Assembly: GCA_050290185.1 (NCBI GenBank)
Contig: JBNKHE010000001.1
Location: 194,713 to 258,712 of the forward strand
DNA length: 64,000 nucleotides
Direction of reading: 5' to 3'
From: Pontiella sp.
GTDB lineage: Bacteria; Verrucomicrobiota; Kiritimatiellia; Kiritimatiellales; Pontiellaceae
The stretch's first letter is position 1. The number at the start of each line of letters is the position of its first letter. Position numbers and translations under genes: made by a program. Below are positions 9,880 to 20,667 of the stretch, one piece after another. Below the pieces are notes generated by a model. That model did not search any database and was not told the DNA's origin. It worked only from the letters and a program-made list of their open reading frames with translations.

Positions 9880-12695
9880 TACTGTCCCCCGTAATTCTTG
9901 AGCATCTCGCGCACTTTCACGGCCAGAGCATTAGATCTGGTGTACTCGTCGTTTAGCATGGATTTTAAGGTTTTAACCGCATCATCCTTACGCCCCAGCT
10001 TCATAAGGCAGTCGGCGGCGGCGAGGTAGCCCTTGGCGGCCCACTCGCCATCATCATATGCTTTGAAAAGCAGATAGGTGCGCTGGAAGAAGTTATGGGC
10101 CCCCTCGAAATCGCTCGTAGCAAGACGGCATTCTCCCATACCGTACATCGCTTCAGCAAAGACCGGCCCGCGCCAAGGCGGAACATTAAGCGCCATGTTG
10201 TACTCATTTTCAGCTTCTTCGAAATCCCCCATGGCATAACGCGCTTTTCCTTTCAGGATTTGCGCCCAACCCATAAATGGTTCCACACCAAACAAGCCCT
10301 GAGCAACATCAATTGCCGCGAGTGCTCCCGGGTAGTCTTTTTTCTCCATCAAGGCCAATGTTCTTGCATGATAGGCATGCCACAGAAGATCTGAGTCCTC
10401 GAAGTTATCGATAAAATAATCGGACAGGCGTTTCATCTGTTCGTAATTGCCGGTGCTAATGGCGACATCGCACATTAGCGATAGAGAACCCGGCGTGGTG
10501 ATGGACAGGTCTTCGATCGAATTCATCAGGTCAGAGGCGAGAGCCATGGCGATATCTTCACCTTCCAGCATGGCCTGGGCAACCTGCAAACGCAGGCGAA
10601 GCACATCACGGTCATCTTCGATTGTAGACATTTTGACCTTCAACCGCACCACCAACTCTTCCCGTTCGTCCTGGGAAAGTTGTTTATCTGCGACGTCCAC
10701 CAACTCGGAAATAATCTTGTCGACCCCTTGCTTCTGAGGATCGTTCCCAAACCGCATAATCGCGTTGATATAGGAGGGAATGGCTTCTTCATGCAACTGT
10801 CCCAGTTCAATCTGGGCCTGACCAATCCAGTAGACCGCTTGGGAAATATCCGCCATGTCTTCCCATCGATCCATGTAGTAGTTCATCAAATCAATGATTT
10901 CCTGCCACTTGTACTCCATCTTGTAGACCTTGGCAGCCTGAAAAGCGGGATAGGAAGCCTGCAGCGGAATTTTGGCCGTGTCGATGGCCTTCCGGAAGTC
11001 CGCTTGCGCCCGATCGAGCGTGAGCGGATCCGCATTGGAGGCTTCTTTCGAAGCTTCAATGTCGCCACGCATGCTGTACGCCTCGGAGACCACAGGATGG
11101 TCGGGATTTTCCTCGATGAACTTGGTGAAGGCCGCTTCCGCGTCAGGAACACGCTGCAGACCGTACAGACAAACCCCTTCGCGGAAAATGGATTCCGCGT
11201 ATTGGTCACCACTCTCATTCTCAGCCTGGTATGTCTTGAAATCCGCCAAAGCATTATCGTAATCGGCCTGCAGCATATAGCTCATTCCCCGGTAATAGAG
11301 GGCATCATACTTCTGCTCGCTGTCCGGGAATTGTTCCAGCACAATACCGAACTGTTCGCCGCCTTCTCTGGCCCGATTCGATTGGAGATAGGCAAACGCA
11401 AGCATGTAGTGCAGATCCGCCTGCAGCATCCGTTCACCAATATCGTTTTCCTTAAGGGGAAGTCCTTCGATGTATTTTCGCAGGCCAACCACTTTATCGA
11501 AGTTTTTTCGAACCAGATTATCGCGCATCATCACTGAAAGCATGGTTCGTGCATATTGCCCGTCGGGTTTCTCGTCCAGATACGAGATGATCCGCTCTTC
11601 AGCCCGGTCGTATTCCTTTACGGCATATAGAACCATGACCGATTGGAGCGATGCGGCTTCGCCGATTTCCGTGTCAGGCCCATCACGGTAGAGCTTGTCA
11701 TACAAAACAAATCCTTCCCAATACCGTTTCACATCGGAGTAGACCTGTCCGATACGGAAGGTTACCTCCTGCTCATACGGGGGGAGATCTTTCAATAGAT
11801 CGACGGCCTGCGTAATCCCATCCATCTCGCTTTTCAGCTGCCCGTTCTCCAAATCGGAATTGGTCCCCTTCATTTGGTTCTGCAGGGCAGCAATTTGTTT
11901 CTCGGCAAAGTCGATGAGAGTCTCACGTGGAAGAACCATGCGGTATAAATACAGCGAATTTAGATAATTCCCTGTTTCATAGAGTCTCTTGGCGCCCTTC
12001 ATGAGCGTAAGGTTTAAGGAAATATCATATCTGCGATCCGTGCGATTAATGCGCAAGATCCATCCATAGAGTTGCTCCCACTGCTCCAACTCCACCAACG
12101 CACGGGTCACCATGACCTGGCAGACTCCTTTGATCCGATCGTCCTTGGTGTTTTTCTCAGCAAACCGCAACGGATCCAGACATTCTTTGTACTGTCCCAA
12201 CTGGAAATAGGCCTGCCCGGCCAGCAGGTTCATGTTAAAGAGCACTTCCTGGTCGAGATCCTTGTACTCCTTTAAGCGTTGAAAGAGCTCAATAATCTTC
12301 TCCCAGTCGCTGATCTCGAAAAAGCCCTGCGCAAGCATGCCCAGCACACGCCGTTCCTGCGGACGCGGTTCGTTTGCGAGATACTCCTCGACATATCCCA
12401 TACCGGCTGAAATATCACCCATCTGGTAATAAATGCGGGCAATCTCATAGCGGCAGGTTTGGGCGGTCTTTTGACCTTGATCGTCGGTCAAACCCTCCGT
12501 CCGGTCCAGTGCCTCCAGCAAAGCAGGGAGCGCTTCCTCGTATTTACCCATTTTCAGGTTTTGTTCCGCGTAGGAAAACACGTCAGCGAGGGTCATTGAA
12601 CCATAGTCCTGCGCCCAGGACGTACCGCTTGTCGACACAATCACGACAAGCAACGCCGCGAACCAAGCTTTGCGACAACCTAGAAAGAAACTCAT
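9879..12695 (-). CDS. Large exported tetratricopeptide repeat protein
   Basis: Signal peptide and many TPR-like units (e.g. ALYYRGMSYMLQADYDNALADF). Confidence 0.85.
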   Translation of the reverse strand: MSFFLGCRKAWFAALLVVIVSTSGTSWAQDYGSMTLADVFSYAEQNLKMGKYEEALPALLEALDRTEGLTDDQGQKTAQTCRYEIARIYYQMGDISAGMGYVEEYLANEPRPQERRVLGMLAQGFFEISDWEKIIELFQRLKEYKDLDQEVLFNMNLLAGQAYFQLGQYKECLDPLRFAEKNTKDDRIKGVCQVMVTRALVELEQWEQLYGWILRINRTDRRYDISLNLTLMKGAKRLYETGNYLNSLYLYRMVLPRETLIDFAEKQIAALQNQMKGTNSDLENGQLKSEMDGITQAVDLLKDLPPYEQEVTFRIGQVYSDVKRYWEGFVLYDKLYRDGPDTEIGEAASLQSVMVLYAVKEYDRAEERIISYLDEKPDGQYARTMLSVMMRDNLVRKNFDKVVGLRKYIEGLPLKENDIGERMLQADLHYMLAFAYLQSNRAREGGEQFGIVLEQFPDSEQKYDALYYRGMSYMLQADYDNALADFKTYQAENESGDQYAESIFREGVCLYGLQRVPDAEAAFTKFIEENPDHPVVSEAYSMRGDIEASKEASNADPLTLDRAQADFRKAIDTAKIPLQASYPAFQAAKVYKMEYKWQEIIDLMNYYMDRWEDMADISQAVYWIGQAQIELGQLHEEAIPSYINAIMRFGNDPQKQGVDKIISELVDVADKQLSQDEREELVVRLKVKMSTIEDDRDVLRLRLQVAQAMLEGEDIAMALASDLMNSIEDLSITTPGSLSLMCDVAISTGNYEQMKRLSDYFIDNFEDSDLLWHAYHARTLALMEKKDYPGALAAIDVAQGLFGVEPFMGWAQILKGKARYAMGDFEEAENEYNMALNVPPWRGPVFAEAMYGMGECRLATSDFEGAHNFFQRTYLLFKAYDDGEWAAKGYLAAADCLMKLGRKDDAVKTLKSMLNDEYTRSNALAVKVREMLKNYGGQ

Positions 12696-13178
12696 GCTAT
12701 ATTACCTCGCTACACCAAAATCACACCGGGCGTTTTGCCATCTAACCTTCTCACCCGCCCCTTAAACAAAAACAACAATGGCAATTCGTATCAGGGTATC
12801 CAACCTACCCAGCAATTCAAGCCTATAAAAGCGCAAATCGAGCGTCAGCTCTATACAAAGCCAAGCCAAAGAGGGAGCTCCAGATCTGTGCGAAGTACTT
12901 GAAAGAATCATGGGTTTACTCCAGTGAAACTGTCGTAAACACCAGAAATAAGGAAAGTAATGCATGCTATACCCCCATTGAATTATAGGTGTATTTTGCC
13001 CACGGAGAGTAGTGTAAAAACCGGATACTACATAGGCCATTTATTTCATGACTAAGCGTACTGAGATAATGCCAGAAGCCTATTTGCATTCGTAACCTTG
13101 ATTGCAAGGCATATTTTCCGGGCAATGAGTCGACGTTGGAGCTTAAATACGATCCGCTTCCTAATATAACAAGGACGG

Positions 13179-14429
13179 CTACAGGCTCTCAGAAAGCGCA
13201 TCCATGGCGGCGTGTTCTTCATCTGCAGGAAGCGAGAGCGCGGTTTCACCCACTAGCTTGATCGCCAGTGCCCCGATCGGCGCAGTGAAAACAATACTCA
13301 GAACGGCAACCGCCAGAATGATTTCACCAGGAGCGCCGTCCATGCCGTTCGCTTTCATCGTCATCAGCGGCACGGCACCAATAGCCGCCTGCACCGTGGC
13401 CTTCGGCCAGTACGAAACCACCGCAAAAAAACGTTCACGCCGATTCAGAGGACTGCCCATCAGAGCAAGAAGAACGCCGGCACTCCTCGCCACCAACCCG
13501 CACATGATAAGCCCAAGCCCGGCAAGACCGGTTTCCCATGCCAGCGAGACATCCACCTGAGCCCCGACCAGCGTGAACAGCATGATCGAGGCAAACACCC
13601 ACAGCTTTCCGAGCTTTGACGAAATTTCGTGAGCTACATGTTCACGCTTTTCCAGAATGATGAAACCCGTGGCCATCACGGCCAGCAAAGCGGCAAAGGG
13701 AATGTCCATGCTCTCAAGCACATGTTGCAGGCGGACAAGCAAGACGGAGATACCGATCACAATCATGGTGCGCTTTGTGGCACGTGGATTGAACCGCTCA
13801 AAGAGCTTGAGCAGCAACCACCCAACGACGCAACCGGCAATGATGCCGAAAAAAATGGATGCCGGAATTCCCGCAAGCTTCAAAACAACACCGCCCGTAG
13901 ATCCCGTGTAGAGGCCCAGAAAAACAGAGAAAATTACGATGGCGATAACGTCGTCCAGCGAAGCAGCTGCAAGAATCATGGTCGGAATGCCTTTGTCCGC
14001 CCCTTTCCGTCGCTCAATGTATCCGATCATCATTGGTACAACCACCGCAGGGGAGACCGCGGCAACAATAAAGCCCAGCATGGCCGATTCCAGATGAGTC
14101 AACGTCGGAAGGAAATAGGGGCCCAGCAGCGCGATCGTGGAACCCTCGAGGACCCCCGGAATAAACGACATCAACAACGCCTGCAATCCCACCTTGTTCA
14201 GCACATCGCGACTCAGCTCGAAACCGGCACGCAATAGAATGATGATCAGCGCGATCATGCGCAGGTCGGACGAAGCCTCGAGAAATCCCGGTTCAAGAAG
14301 ATCCAGCACATAGGGCCCGAACAAGATTCCCAGTAGGAGCATACCCAGCAATCCGGGCATACGCAACTTGCGGAACAACCAGTCCGCCAGCAAACCCAGC
14401 AAAATCATTTCGGCTATGCCTACCGCCAT
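13179..14429 (-). CDS. Cation:proton antiporter (CPA, NHA-like)
   Basis: About 12 TM segments; AVSPAVVVP, AASLDDV, PKATVQAA. Confidence 0.9.
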   Translation of the reverse strand: MAVGIAEMILLGLLADWLFRKLRMPGLLGMLLLGILFGPYVLDLLEPGFLEASSDLRMIALIIILLRAGFELSRDVLNKVGLQALLMSFIPGVLEGSTIALLGPYFLPTLTHLESAMLGFIVAAVSPAVVVPMMIGYIERRKGADKGIPTMILAAASLDDVIAIVIFSVFLGLYTGSTGGVVLKLAGIPASIFFGIIAGCVVGWLLLKLFERFNPRATKRTMIVIGISVLLVRLQHVLESMDIPFAALLAVMATGFIILEKREHVAHEISSKLGKLWVFASIMLFTLVGAQVDVSLAWETGLAGLGLIMCGLVARSAGVLLALMGSPLNRRERFFAVVSYWPKATVQAAIGAVPLMTMKANGMDGAPGEIILAVAVLSIVFTAPIGALAIKLVGETALSLPADEEHAAMDALSESL

Positions 14430-14494
14430 TCCAACTCCTCGTCACTGATGAAACCACCATGCCGCATTCGATTCATCTTGAAAAGCGGTAAAAG

Positions 14495-14526
14495 AAAAAG
14501 GCGTCCACTTCAAGGGACGCCTTTTT
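14495..14526 (-). terminator. Terminator downstream of fabF
   Basis: AAAAAGGCGTCC-loop-GGACGCCTTTTT inverted repeat. Confidence 0.85.
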
Positions 14527-14546
14527 ATCGCAACCGAACAGGCCGG

Positions 14547-15794
14547 CTACTTGTTTTTGGTGAAGCAGAGAGAGGCGTTGTGTCCGCCAAAACCCAGCGA
14601 GTTGCTCAACGCGGCATTGATCTCCATTTCACGGGCAACATTCGGAACATAATCCAGATCGCAATCGGGATCAGGCGTGGTGTAGTTGATGGTCGGCGGG
14701 GCAATTCCGTCTCGGATTGCCAGCGCAATAATCGCCGCCTCAACTCCGCCGGCCGCACCCAGCATATGCCCCGTCATCGACTTGGTGGAGCTTACCGCCA
14801 CCTTATAGGCCAGCTCTTCACCTAACGCCTTCTTGATGGCAAGGGTTTCGCCCTTGTCGTTAAGCGGCGTGCTGGTGCCGTGTGCATTGATATAGTCGAT
14901 ATCTTCGGGCTTCAGCCCCGCATCCGCAATTGACAGCGCCATGCCGCGCGCAGCCTCATCGGCTTCGGAATTCGGAGCGGTAATATGGTAAGCGTCGCAG
15001 GTCCGGCCATAGCCAGCTGCTTCGCAATAGATTTTTGCACCGCGCTTAAGGGCGTGTTCTTTTTCCTCAAGCACCAGAATTCCGGAGCCCTCGGACATCA
15101 CGAAACCATCGCGATCCTTATCAAACGGTCGGGAAGCGCCCTGCGGATCATCATTGCGACGACTTGTGGCGCGCAAAGCCGCAAACCCACCGACACCAAG
15201 CATGGCAATGGAGGCTTCGGCACCGCCGGCAATCATCACATCAGCATCGCCGTATTGGATCATGCGCATGGCCTCGCCGATGGAGTGCGTACCCGAAGCA
15301 CAGGCGCTGGTGATACAGAAATTAGGGCCTTTAAAACCATATTTGATCGACACATATCCTGAGAGGATATTGGTGATCATCTGGGGAATGAGCTGCGGAG
15401 AAATACGGCGAGGGCCTTTTTCATAGGCCTTCAGGCATTCATTTTGCATGATCTGCATCCCGCCAATGCCCGAGCTTGCAATCACACCCACGCGCTGCAG
15501 ATCAAGAGAGTCAACATCCAGCTTGGCATCTTCCACCGCCATCGTTGCTGCCGCCACCCCCCAAATGGCAAACGGATCCATCTTGCGGGCTTCTTTGTAA
15601 TCGAGGAATTTTTCAACATCAAGGTCGCGGATTTCTCCGCCAAAGGTCACCGGATACTGGTCGATATCAGCCATGGCCTTGACATGGTCGATGCCCGACT
15701 TGCCGGCCTTGATTCCATCCCAGAACCTTCCAAGTTCGCTTGCAACGGGAGAAACAACCCCGATACCGGTTACCACTACTTCACGCCCTCTCAT
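14547..15794 (-). CDS. fabF: 3-oxoacyl-ACP synthase II
   Basis: SACASG active Cys, [26 protein letters not shown]. Confidence 0.97.
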   Translation of the reverse strand: MRGREVVVTGIGVVSPVASELGRFWDGIKAGKSGIDHVKAMADIDQYPVTFGGEIRDLDVEKFLDYKEARKMDPFAIWGVAAATMAVEDAKLDVDSLDLQRVGVIASSGIGGMQIMQNECLKAYEKGPRRISPQLIPQMITNILSGYVSIKYGFKGPNFCITSACASGTHSIGEAMRMIQYGDADVMIAGGAEASIAMLGVGGFAALRATSRRNDDPQGASRPFDKDRDGFVMSEGSGILVLEEKEHALKRGAKIYCEAAGYGRTCDAYHITAPNSEADEAARGMALSIADAGLKPEDIDYINAHGTSTPLNDKGETLAIKKALGEELAYKVAVSSTKSMTGHMLGAAGGVEAAIIALAIRDGIAPPTINYTTPDPDCDLDYVPNVAREMEINAALSNSLGFGGHNASLCFTKNK

Positions 15795-15823
15795 AATCCG
15801 TCCCTCTGTAGAAATTAATGCTG

Positions 15824-15862
15824 AAATGGCCGGGATAGCTCAACGAGCAGTCCCGGCCATTT
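15824..15862. terminator. Intercistronic stem-loop between acpP and fabF
   Basis: AAATGGCCGGGA...TCCCGGCCATTT 12-bp perfect stem. Partial terminator or mRNA stabiliser is inferred. Confidence 0.6.
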
Positions 15863-15880
15863 AAAAACAGTCAGCTGGGC

Positions 15881-16117
15881 TTACTCGAAACCCTTTTCCT
15901 TCAGGTAGCTGATCACACCGCCAACAGAGGTGAGTTTTTCAGCATCTTCGTCCGGAATTTCGGCACCGAACTCTTCTTCAAAAGCCATTACCAGCTCCAC
16001 GGTATCGAGTGAGTCTGCGCCGAGATCTTCAATAAAGGAAGCTTCGGTGGTAACCTGGTCAGCGTTAACGCCGAGTTGCTCGACGATGATGTCTTTTACC
16101 TTATCTTCAACTGCCAT
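15881..16117 (-). CDS. acpP: Acyl carrier protein
   Basis: [20 protein letters not shown]. Confidence 0.98.
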   Translation of the reverse strand: MAVEDKVKDIIVEQLGVNADQVTTEASFIEDLGADSLDTVELVMAFEEEFGAEIPDEDAEKLTSVGGVISYLKEKGFE

Positions 16118-16153
16118 TTTATTCTCCTTTTCCTAGGTTTACATTTACAAACG

Positions 16154-16897
16154 TTACATTACCATTCCGCCGCATGTCGAGAGCACTTGCCCTGTAACAT
16201 ACGCGGAGGCATCACTTGCCAAAAACAGTACAACATTGGCCACATCTTCCGGTTCGCCGAAGCGCGACAGCGGAATCAACTCTTTCATCTTATTCTGGAC
16301 ATCTTCGTCCAATGCATCGGTCATCGCCGTGCGGATGAAGCCCGGAGCAACCGCGTTGCAACGCACGCTGCGGGAAGCCAGCTCCTTTGCAACCGTCTTG
16401 CTGAAGGAGATCACGCCGCCCTTGGAGGCTGCATAGTTGGCTTGGCCGGCATTGCCCATCAGGCCGATCACGGAAGCGATATTCACGATCGTGCCGGAAC
16501 GCCGCTTCATCATGCCGCGCATCGCAGCCTTGGTGCAGAGGAAAACGCCCTTCAGGTTGACATTCAAAACGGCATCCCAATCATCCTCGCTCATGCGCAT
16601 CAGCAGGCCGTCCTTGGTGATACCGGCATTATTGACGAGCACGTCGATCTTTCCAAAATCCTTTTCAATGGCTTTAACGCCATCAGTAACACTGGCTCCA
16701 TCGGCCACATTCACACCATAGCATTCGGCACGGCGCCCGAGCGCCTTGACCTTGCCGGCGGTTTCTTCGAGCCATTCGGCATTGAGATCGCACAGCGCCA
16801 CATCAGCTCCGGCCTCGGCCAATTTTACGGCAATCGCCTGCCCCAGTCCGCGGGCGGCACCAGTTACCATTGCAACTTTATCGTTCAATTCAAACAT
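16154..16897 (-). CDS. fabG: 3-oxoacyl-ACP reductase
   Basis: [21 protein letters not shown]; fab operon context. Confidence 0.97.
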   Translation of the reverse strand: MFELNDKVAMVTGAARGLGQAIAVKLAEAGADVALCDLNAEWLEETAGKVKALGRRAECYGVNVADGASVTDGVKAIEKDFGKIDVLVNNAGITKDGLLMRMSEDDWDAVLNVNLKGVFLCTKAAMRGMMKRRSGTIVNIASVIGLMGNAGQANYAASKGGVISFSKTVAKELASRSVRCNAVAPGFIRTAMTDALDEDVQNKMKELIPLSRFGEPEDVANVVLFLASDASAYVTGQVLSTCGGMVM

Positions 16898-16906
16898 GGT
16901 AATTCC

Positions 16907-17809
16907 TTATTGATTTTCAATATCTGTTAGCTGGCCGATGTTACGAACCGTCACGGTCTTGTCAATACGCTTTATCAGCCCCGCCAGAACCTTGCCGGGC
17001 CCGATTTCCACAACCTCTTCCACTCCATCGGCGGCCAGTTTTTGCACGGAATCCACCCATTGCACGGAAGAGGTGATCTGTTTGACCATGTTGCTGCGGA
17101 TCGCCGCGGCGTCATGAAGATCAGCCGTTACGTTCGATAGCACCGGAACCGTGGGTTGACCCAGTTGGACATCCGCCAGAAACGCATCCATCTTTTCCGC
17201 AGCGGGCTGCATCAGCGGAGAGTGGAAGGCGCCAGCTACCGGAAGGCGTATAGCGCGCTTTGCACCGGCTTCCTTCACCAGCACCTCGGCCTGATCGATT
17301 GATTCGGCAGTCCCCGAGAGAACGGTCTGGCCCAGCGAATTAAAATTGGCTACGTGGCATCCGGCCTTTTCAGAAATACCAACGAGTACATCCCCATCGA
17401 CATTCATGACAGCAAGCATGGCGCCAGGATTCTCTTCGCAGGCGGCCTGCATGAATTCACCACGGGCCTTCAGAACTCTGATCGTATCTGCAAAACTGAC
17501 AACTCCGGCCACATAAAGCGCGGTCCATTCCCCGAGACTGTGTCCCGCGAGAACGTTGTATTCAACCGGTTGCTTCAGTTCCATCGCCTTGAATGCGGCG
17601 GCGCTCGCCACAAAAATACCAAGCTGGGCATGGTTCGATTTGTTGAGTTCCTCCTGTGGCCCTTCAAAACAGATCTGCGACAGATCATAGCCGAGGATTT
17701 CGTTGGCCTGGTCAAACAGGGCCTTGCACTCGGGAATGGCTTCGGCGAGGTCCTTCCCCATGCCTACCACCTGGGATCCCTGTCCCGGAAAAACGATTGC
17801 TCTTTTCAT
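16907..17809 (-). CDS. fabD: Malonyl-CoA:ACP transacylase
   Basis: FPGQGSQ, GHSLGE, GAFHS. Confidence 0.97.
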   Translation of the reverse strand: MKRAIVFPGQGSQVVGMGKDLAEAIPECKALFDQANEILGYDLSQICFEGPQEELNKSNHAQLGIFVASAAAFKAMELKQPVEYNVLAGHSLGEWTALYVAGVVSFADTIRVLKARGEFMQAACEENPGAMLAVMNVDGDVLVGISEKAGCHVANFNSLGQTVLSGTAESIDQAEVLVKEAGAKRAIRLPVAGAFHSPLMQPAAEKMDAFLADVQLGQPTVPVLSNVTADLHDAAAIRSNMVKQITSSVQWVDSVQKLAADGVEEVVEIGPGKVLAGLIKRIDKTVTVRNIGQLTDIENQ

Positions 17810-18802
17810 CTACTTCCCCCACTCCAAAACATTTGCGCCCCAGGTAAAACCACCGCCGAACACGGTCAGCACAACCAGGTCGCCCTTTTGGATGGTTCCA
17901 TCCTTGACGGCCTCATCCAGCGCAATGGCCAGCGCGGCCGACGAGGTATTGGCATATTTATCCACGTTGCAGTACATACGGTCGGCCACGCCGAGCCGCT
18001 TTGAAATTGCGTCGATGATGCGGATATTGGCCTGATGCGGAATAAAACACTTGATTTCGTCCGCGGAAACACCGTTCTTTTCCAACACCTGCGTCACCGT
18101 GTCCCCCATGCGCACCACGGCATGCTTGAATACGTCGCGACCCTGCATACGCAGGTATTGCATCTTCTGATCGAGCATTTCATGGCTCATCGGATTACGG
18201 CTCCCACCGCCCGGCGTCGATAGCAGGTCGGCGAGCGATCCATCGGAACCCATGACTGAATCCATAATACCACGGCCTTCGCCACCTGCGCGCAAAACCG
18301 CCGCGCCGGCGCCATCGCCAAACAGGATGCACGTCGTGCGGTCATTCCAGTCGAGGAACGTGCTCATCTTTTCGGATCCGATGACCAGCGCCGTGTCAAT
18401 GGCCCCGGCGGCAATCTGGTTCCGGGCCGTATCCATGGCGTAAAGAAACCCGGAACAGGCCGCACCCAAATCGAAGCAGTAGGCATTTTTTGCCCCGATC
18501 TTTTCCTGCACAAAACAGGCGGTGCTGGGAAAAAACATGTCGGGCGAAAGCGTCGCCACGATAATCAGATCTATCTCGTCAACGCTGATCCCCGCATCGG
18601 CGATGGCCTTTTTTGCCGCTTCGGCCCCCAGATCGGAGGCGGCCTGGTTTTCGGCAGCAATATGGCGTTCGCGCATACCGGTCCGCGAGTAGATCCATTC
18701 GTCGGAGGTTTCTACAATCTCCTCGAGATCCTTGTTCGTCAGAACCCTTTCAGGCACATAAGAGCCCGTCCCGATGATTGAAACTTTCCGTTTAGAATCC
18801 AT
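17810..18802 (-). CDS. fabH: 3-oxoacyl-ACP synthase III
   Basis: AACSGF, FGDGAGA, PHQANIRI. Confidence 0.96.
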   Translation of the reverse strand: MDSKRKVSIIGTGSYVPERVLTNKDLEEIVETSDEWIYSRTGMRERHIAAENQAASDLGAEAAKKAIADAGISVDEIDLIIVATLSPDMFFPSTACFVQEKIGAKNAYCFDLGAACSGFLYAMDTARNQIAAGAIDTALVIGSEKMSTFLDWNDRTTCILFGDGAGAAVLRAGGEGRGIMDSVMGSDGSLADLLSTPGGGSRNPMSHEMLDQKMQYLRMQGRDVFKHAVVRMGDTVTQVLEKNGVSADEIKCFIPHQANIRIIDAISKRLGVADRMYCNVDKYANTSSAALAIALDEAVKDGTIQKGDLVVLTVFGGGFTWGANVLEWGK

Positions 18803-18826
18803 GCAACCGTTCCGTGAAAAAAATAT

Positions 18827-19837
18827 CTAGATTTCGGAGTTAATACTCTTTAGCTCAGCTTCAATCAAATGGTTTACATCATGATCTATAGATTCGGATG
18901 CCACACGAATCGCGTTGTATGTGGCCATGGCATTTGAAGAACCGTGCCCGATAATGACAACCCCGTTGGCCCCCAGCAAGGGCGCGCCGCCATAACTGGA
19001 AGGGTCCGCCTTGGCCTTCATCTCCCTGAACACTCCGGTGGCCAGCAACGCTCCCAGCTTGCGCACAAAGCTCCCGCGGAACTTCTGCTTGAGCCACGCA
19101 GAGATCATTTTGGCCACCGCTTCGCTGGTTTTGAGGACGATATTGCCGACAAAACCATCGCAGACAGCCACGTTCACCTTGGCTCCGAACAAATCCCTGC
19201 TTTCAACGTTTCCGACAAAATTCAGATTGGTCTGGCGCAACAGATTGAAGGTCTTTTTGGTGCTCTCGTTTCCTTTTCCCTCTTCCTCACCGATACTCAG
19301 CAGTCCGATGCTCGGATTGGCCACACCGAGGATTTCGCGGGAATAAATGCTACCCATGACGGCATACTGCTGGATCATTTCGGGCGTGCTGTCCGGATTG
19401 GCACCGGCATCCAGCAAAACGAAGGGATCAAGGGAAGTCGGCATAACCGTCGCTATCGCTGGGCGGTCGACACCCTCCAGCGTGCGCAACTTCAACGTGG
19501 CCGCCGCGACGGCGGCCCCGGTGTTGCCCGCTGAAAAAATAGCATCGGCCTTGCCATCCTTGACCAGCTCAACGGAACGCGCAATGGACGAGTCCTTCTT
19601 GCGGCGGATCGCAGTGGCCGGGGATTCGCCCATGCCCACAACTTCGGAGGCATGCACGATTTCAATACACGCAGGGATGTCCCCCTTGTGCTTGGCAAGT
19701 TCGGCCTTAATGGCGGATTCGTCGCCTACGAGGAACAGTTTTTCGATGCCTTTAATCTGTTCGGCAGCCTGAAGTGTTCCAGCAACGATTTCCTCGGGCG
19801 CAAAGTCGCCCCCCATCGCATCTATTGAGATACGCAT
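18827..19837 (-). CDS. plsX: Phosphate acyltransferase PlsX
   Basis: IDAMGGDFAP, SAGNTGA, DGFVGN, HGSS. Confidence 0.96.
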   Translation of the reverse strand: MRISIDAMGGDFAPEEIVAGTLQAAEQIKGIEKLFLVGDESAIKAELAKHKGDIPACIEIVHASEVVGMGESPATAIRRKKDSSIARSVELVKDGKADAIFSAGNTGAAVAAATLKLRTLEGVDRPAIATVMPTSLDPFVLLDAGANPDSTPEMIQQYAVMGSIYSREILGVANPSIGLLSIGEEEGKGNESTKKTFNLLRQTNLNFVGNVESRDLFGAKVNVAVCDGFVGNIVLKTSEAVAKMISAWLKQKFRGSFVRKLGALLATGVFREMKAKADPSSYGGAPLLGANGVVIIGHGSSNAMATYNAIRVASESIDHDVNHLIEAELKSINSEI

Positions 19838-19842
19838 GGCAT

Positions 19843-20031
19843 CTACTCTTCAGTAGCGACCGTTAGTACCTGACGTCCATTGTAGTAACCGCAGCTGGAG
19901 CATGCGTGATGCGGCTGTGCGGGGGCTCCGCATTGGGAGCAGGAAGAGGCACGGGCAATCGGCTTCTTCATGTTCTGGGCCTTGCGGCTCGCGGTTCTGC
20001 TTTTCGAAGTTTTTCTTTTTGGAACTGCCAT
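19843..20031 (-). CDS. rpmF: 50S ribosomal protein L32 (Zn-ribbon type)
   Basis: MAVPKRKTSKSR...CSQC...CSSCGYYNG. Start moved to ATG 20031. Confidence 0.95.
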   Translation of the reverse strand: MAVPKRKTSKSRTASRKAQNMKKPIARASSCSQCGAPAQPHHACSSCGYYNGRQVLTVATEE

Positions 20032-20048
20032 CGCAATCCTCCTTACGT

Positions 20049-20510
20049 CTATAAACTCAAACCGTCCAGAGCCGACCATGGGCTTGGACCTTCATCTTTT
20101 TCGCACTGACAGGGACCGTGGTTCAGATTCGCACCGCATTGGGAACAAATCCCCTTGCAGTCTTCACCGCACAACGCAAATCCCGAAACGTGCAACAAAA
20201 TATCCTCCCGCAAATCCTCAGTAATATCGACCGAATCGGTACCTTTGGGGGCGGGATAAGCGCGTAGAAAATCGGAAACGGCCACCGTTGTCGAGAAAAA
20301 TTCAGAACATCTTGCACACCGCATTTCAACCTCTGCCGACAGCGTTCCGCGAACCACAAGCTCCTCGGAAACCCGCTGGGCATACAGTTTATAGCCGATC
20401 TCGCCAAACTCTTTGATCAGCGGATCCTTTTCGACCTGCATAATCGACCCCGGATCGCTCCCCTCGTAATTCGAGCCCTCCTCCGGAATCCGCGCCACCA
20501 GTATCTTCAT
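20049..20510 (-). CDS. yceD: YceD/DUF177 family protein
   Basis: CARC and LCGEDCKGICSQCG motifs; canonical position upstream of rpmF. Confidence 0.9.
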   Translation of the reverse strand: MKILVARIPEEGSNYEGSDPGSIMQVEKDPLIKEFGEIGYKLYAQRVSEELVVRGTLSAEVEMRCARCSEFFSTTVAVSDFLRAYPAPKGTDSVDITEDLREDILLHVSGFALCGEDCKGICSQCGANLNHGPCQCEKDEGPSPWSALDGLSL

Positions 20511-20544
20511 ATATCGCTCCTCAACTATTTCCTCCTAGCTTCCC

Positions 20545-20585
20545 GTTTCCAGGTGCAAGTTTCAAGTTTCACGTTTCAGGTTTCG
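20545..20585 (+). repeat. Degenerate heptamer tandem repeat (GTTTCAR)
   Basis: gtttcaa gtttcac gtttcag gtttcgt in the yceD/zupT divergent spacer. Confidence 0.75.
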
Positions 20586-20631
20586 TCCCCTGCCCAACAC
20601 GAAAGGGAGTTCGCTATGAAGACTCCTGCTA

Positions 20632-20660
20632 TTGACCCGAGACAGCAAACTAGTTAGCTT
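20632..20660 (+). promoter_or_regulatory. Putative sigma70 promoter of the ZIP transporter
   Basis: TTGACC-N17-TAGCTT, ending 7 nt before ATG 20668. Confidence 0.55.
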
Positions 20661-20667
20661 TTCTGAC

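Noticed and set aside
12700..13178. Small ORFs (12762-13040, 13052-13249) or an ncRNA in the AT-richer spacer
   Set aside because: No RBS, motif or convincing structure; most likely a promoter region.
14547..20510. fab cluster as a secondary-metabolite PKS
   Set aside because: Canonical yceD-rpmF-plsX-fabHDG-acpP-fabF primary-metabolism gene order.
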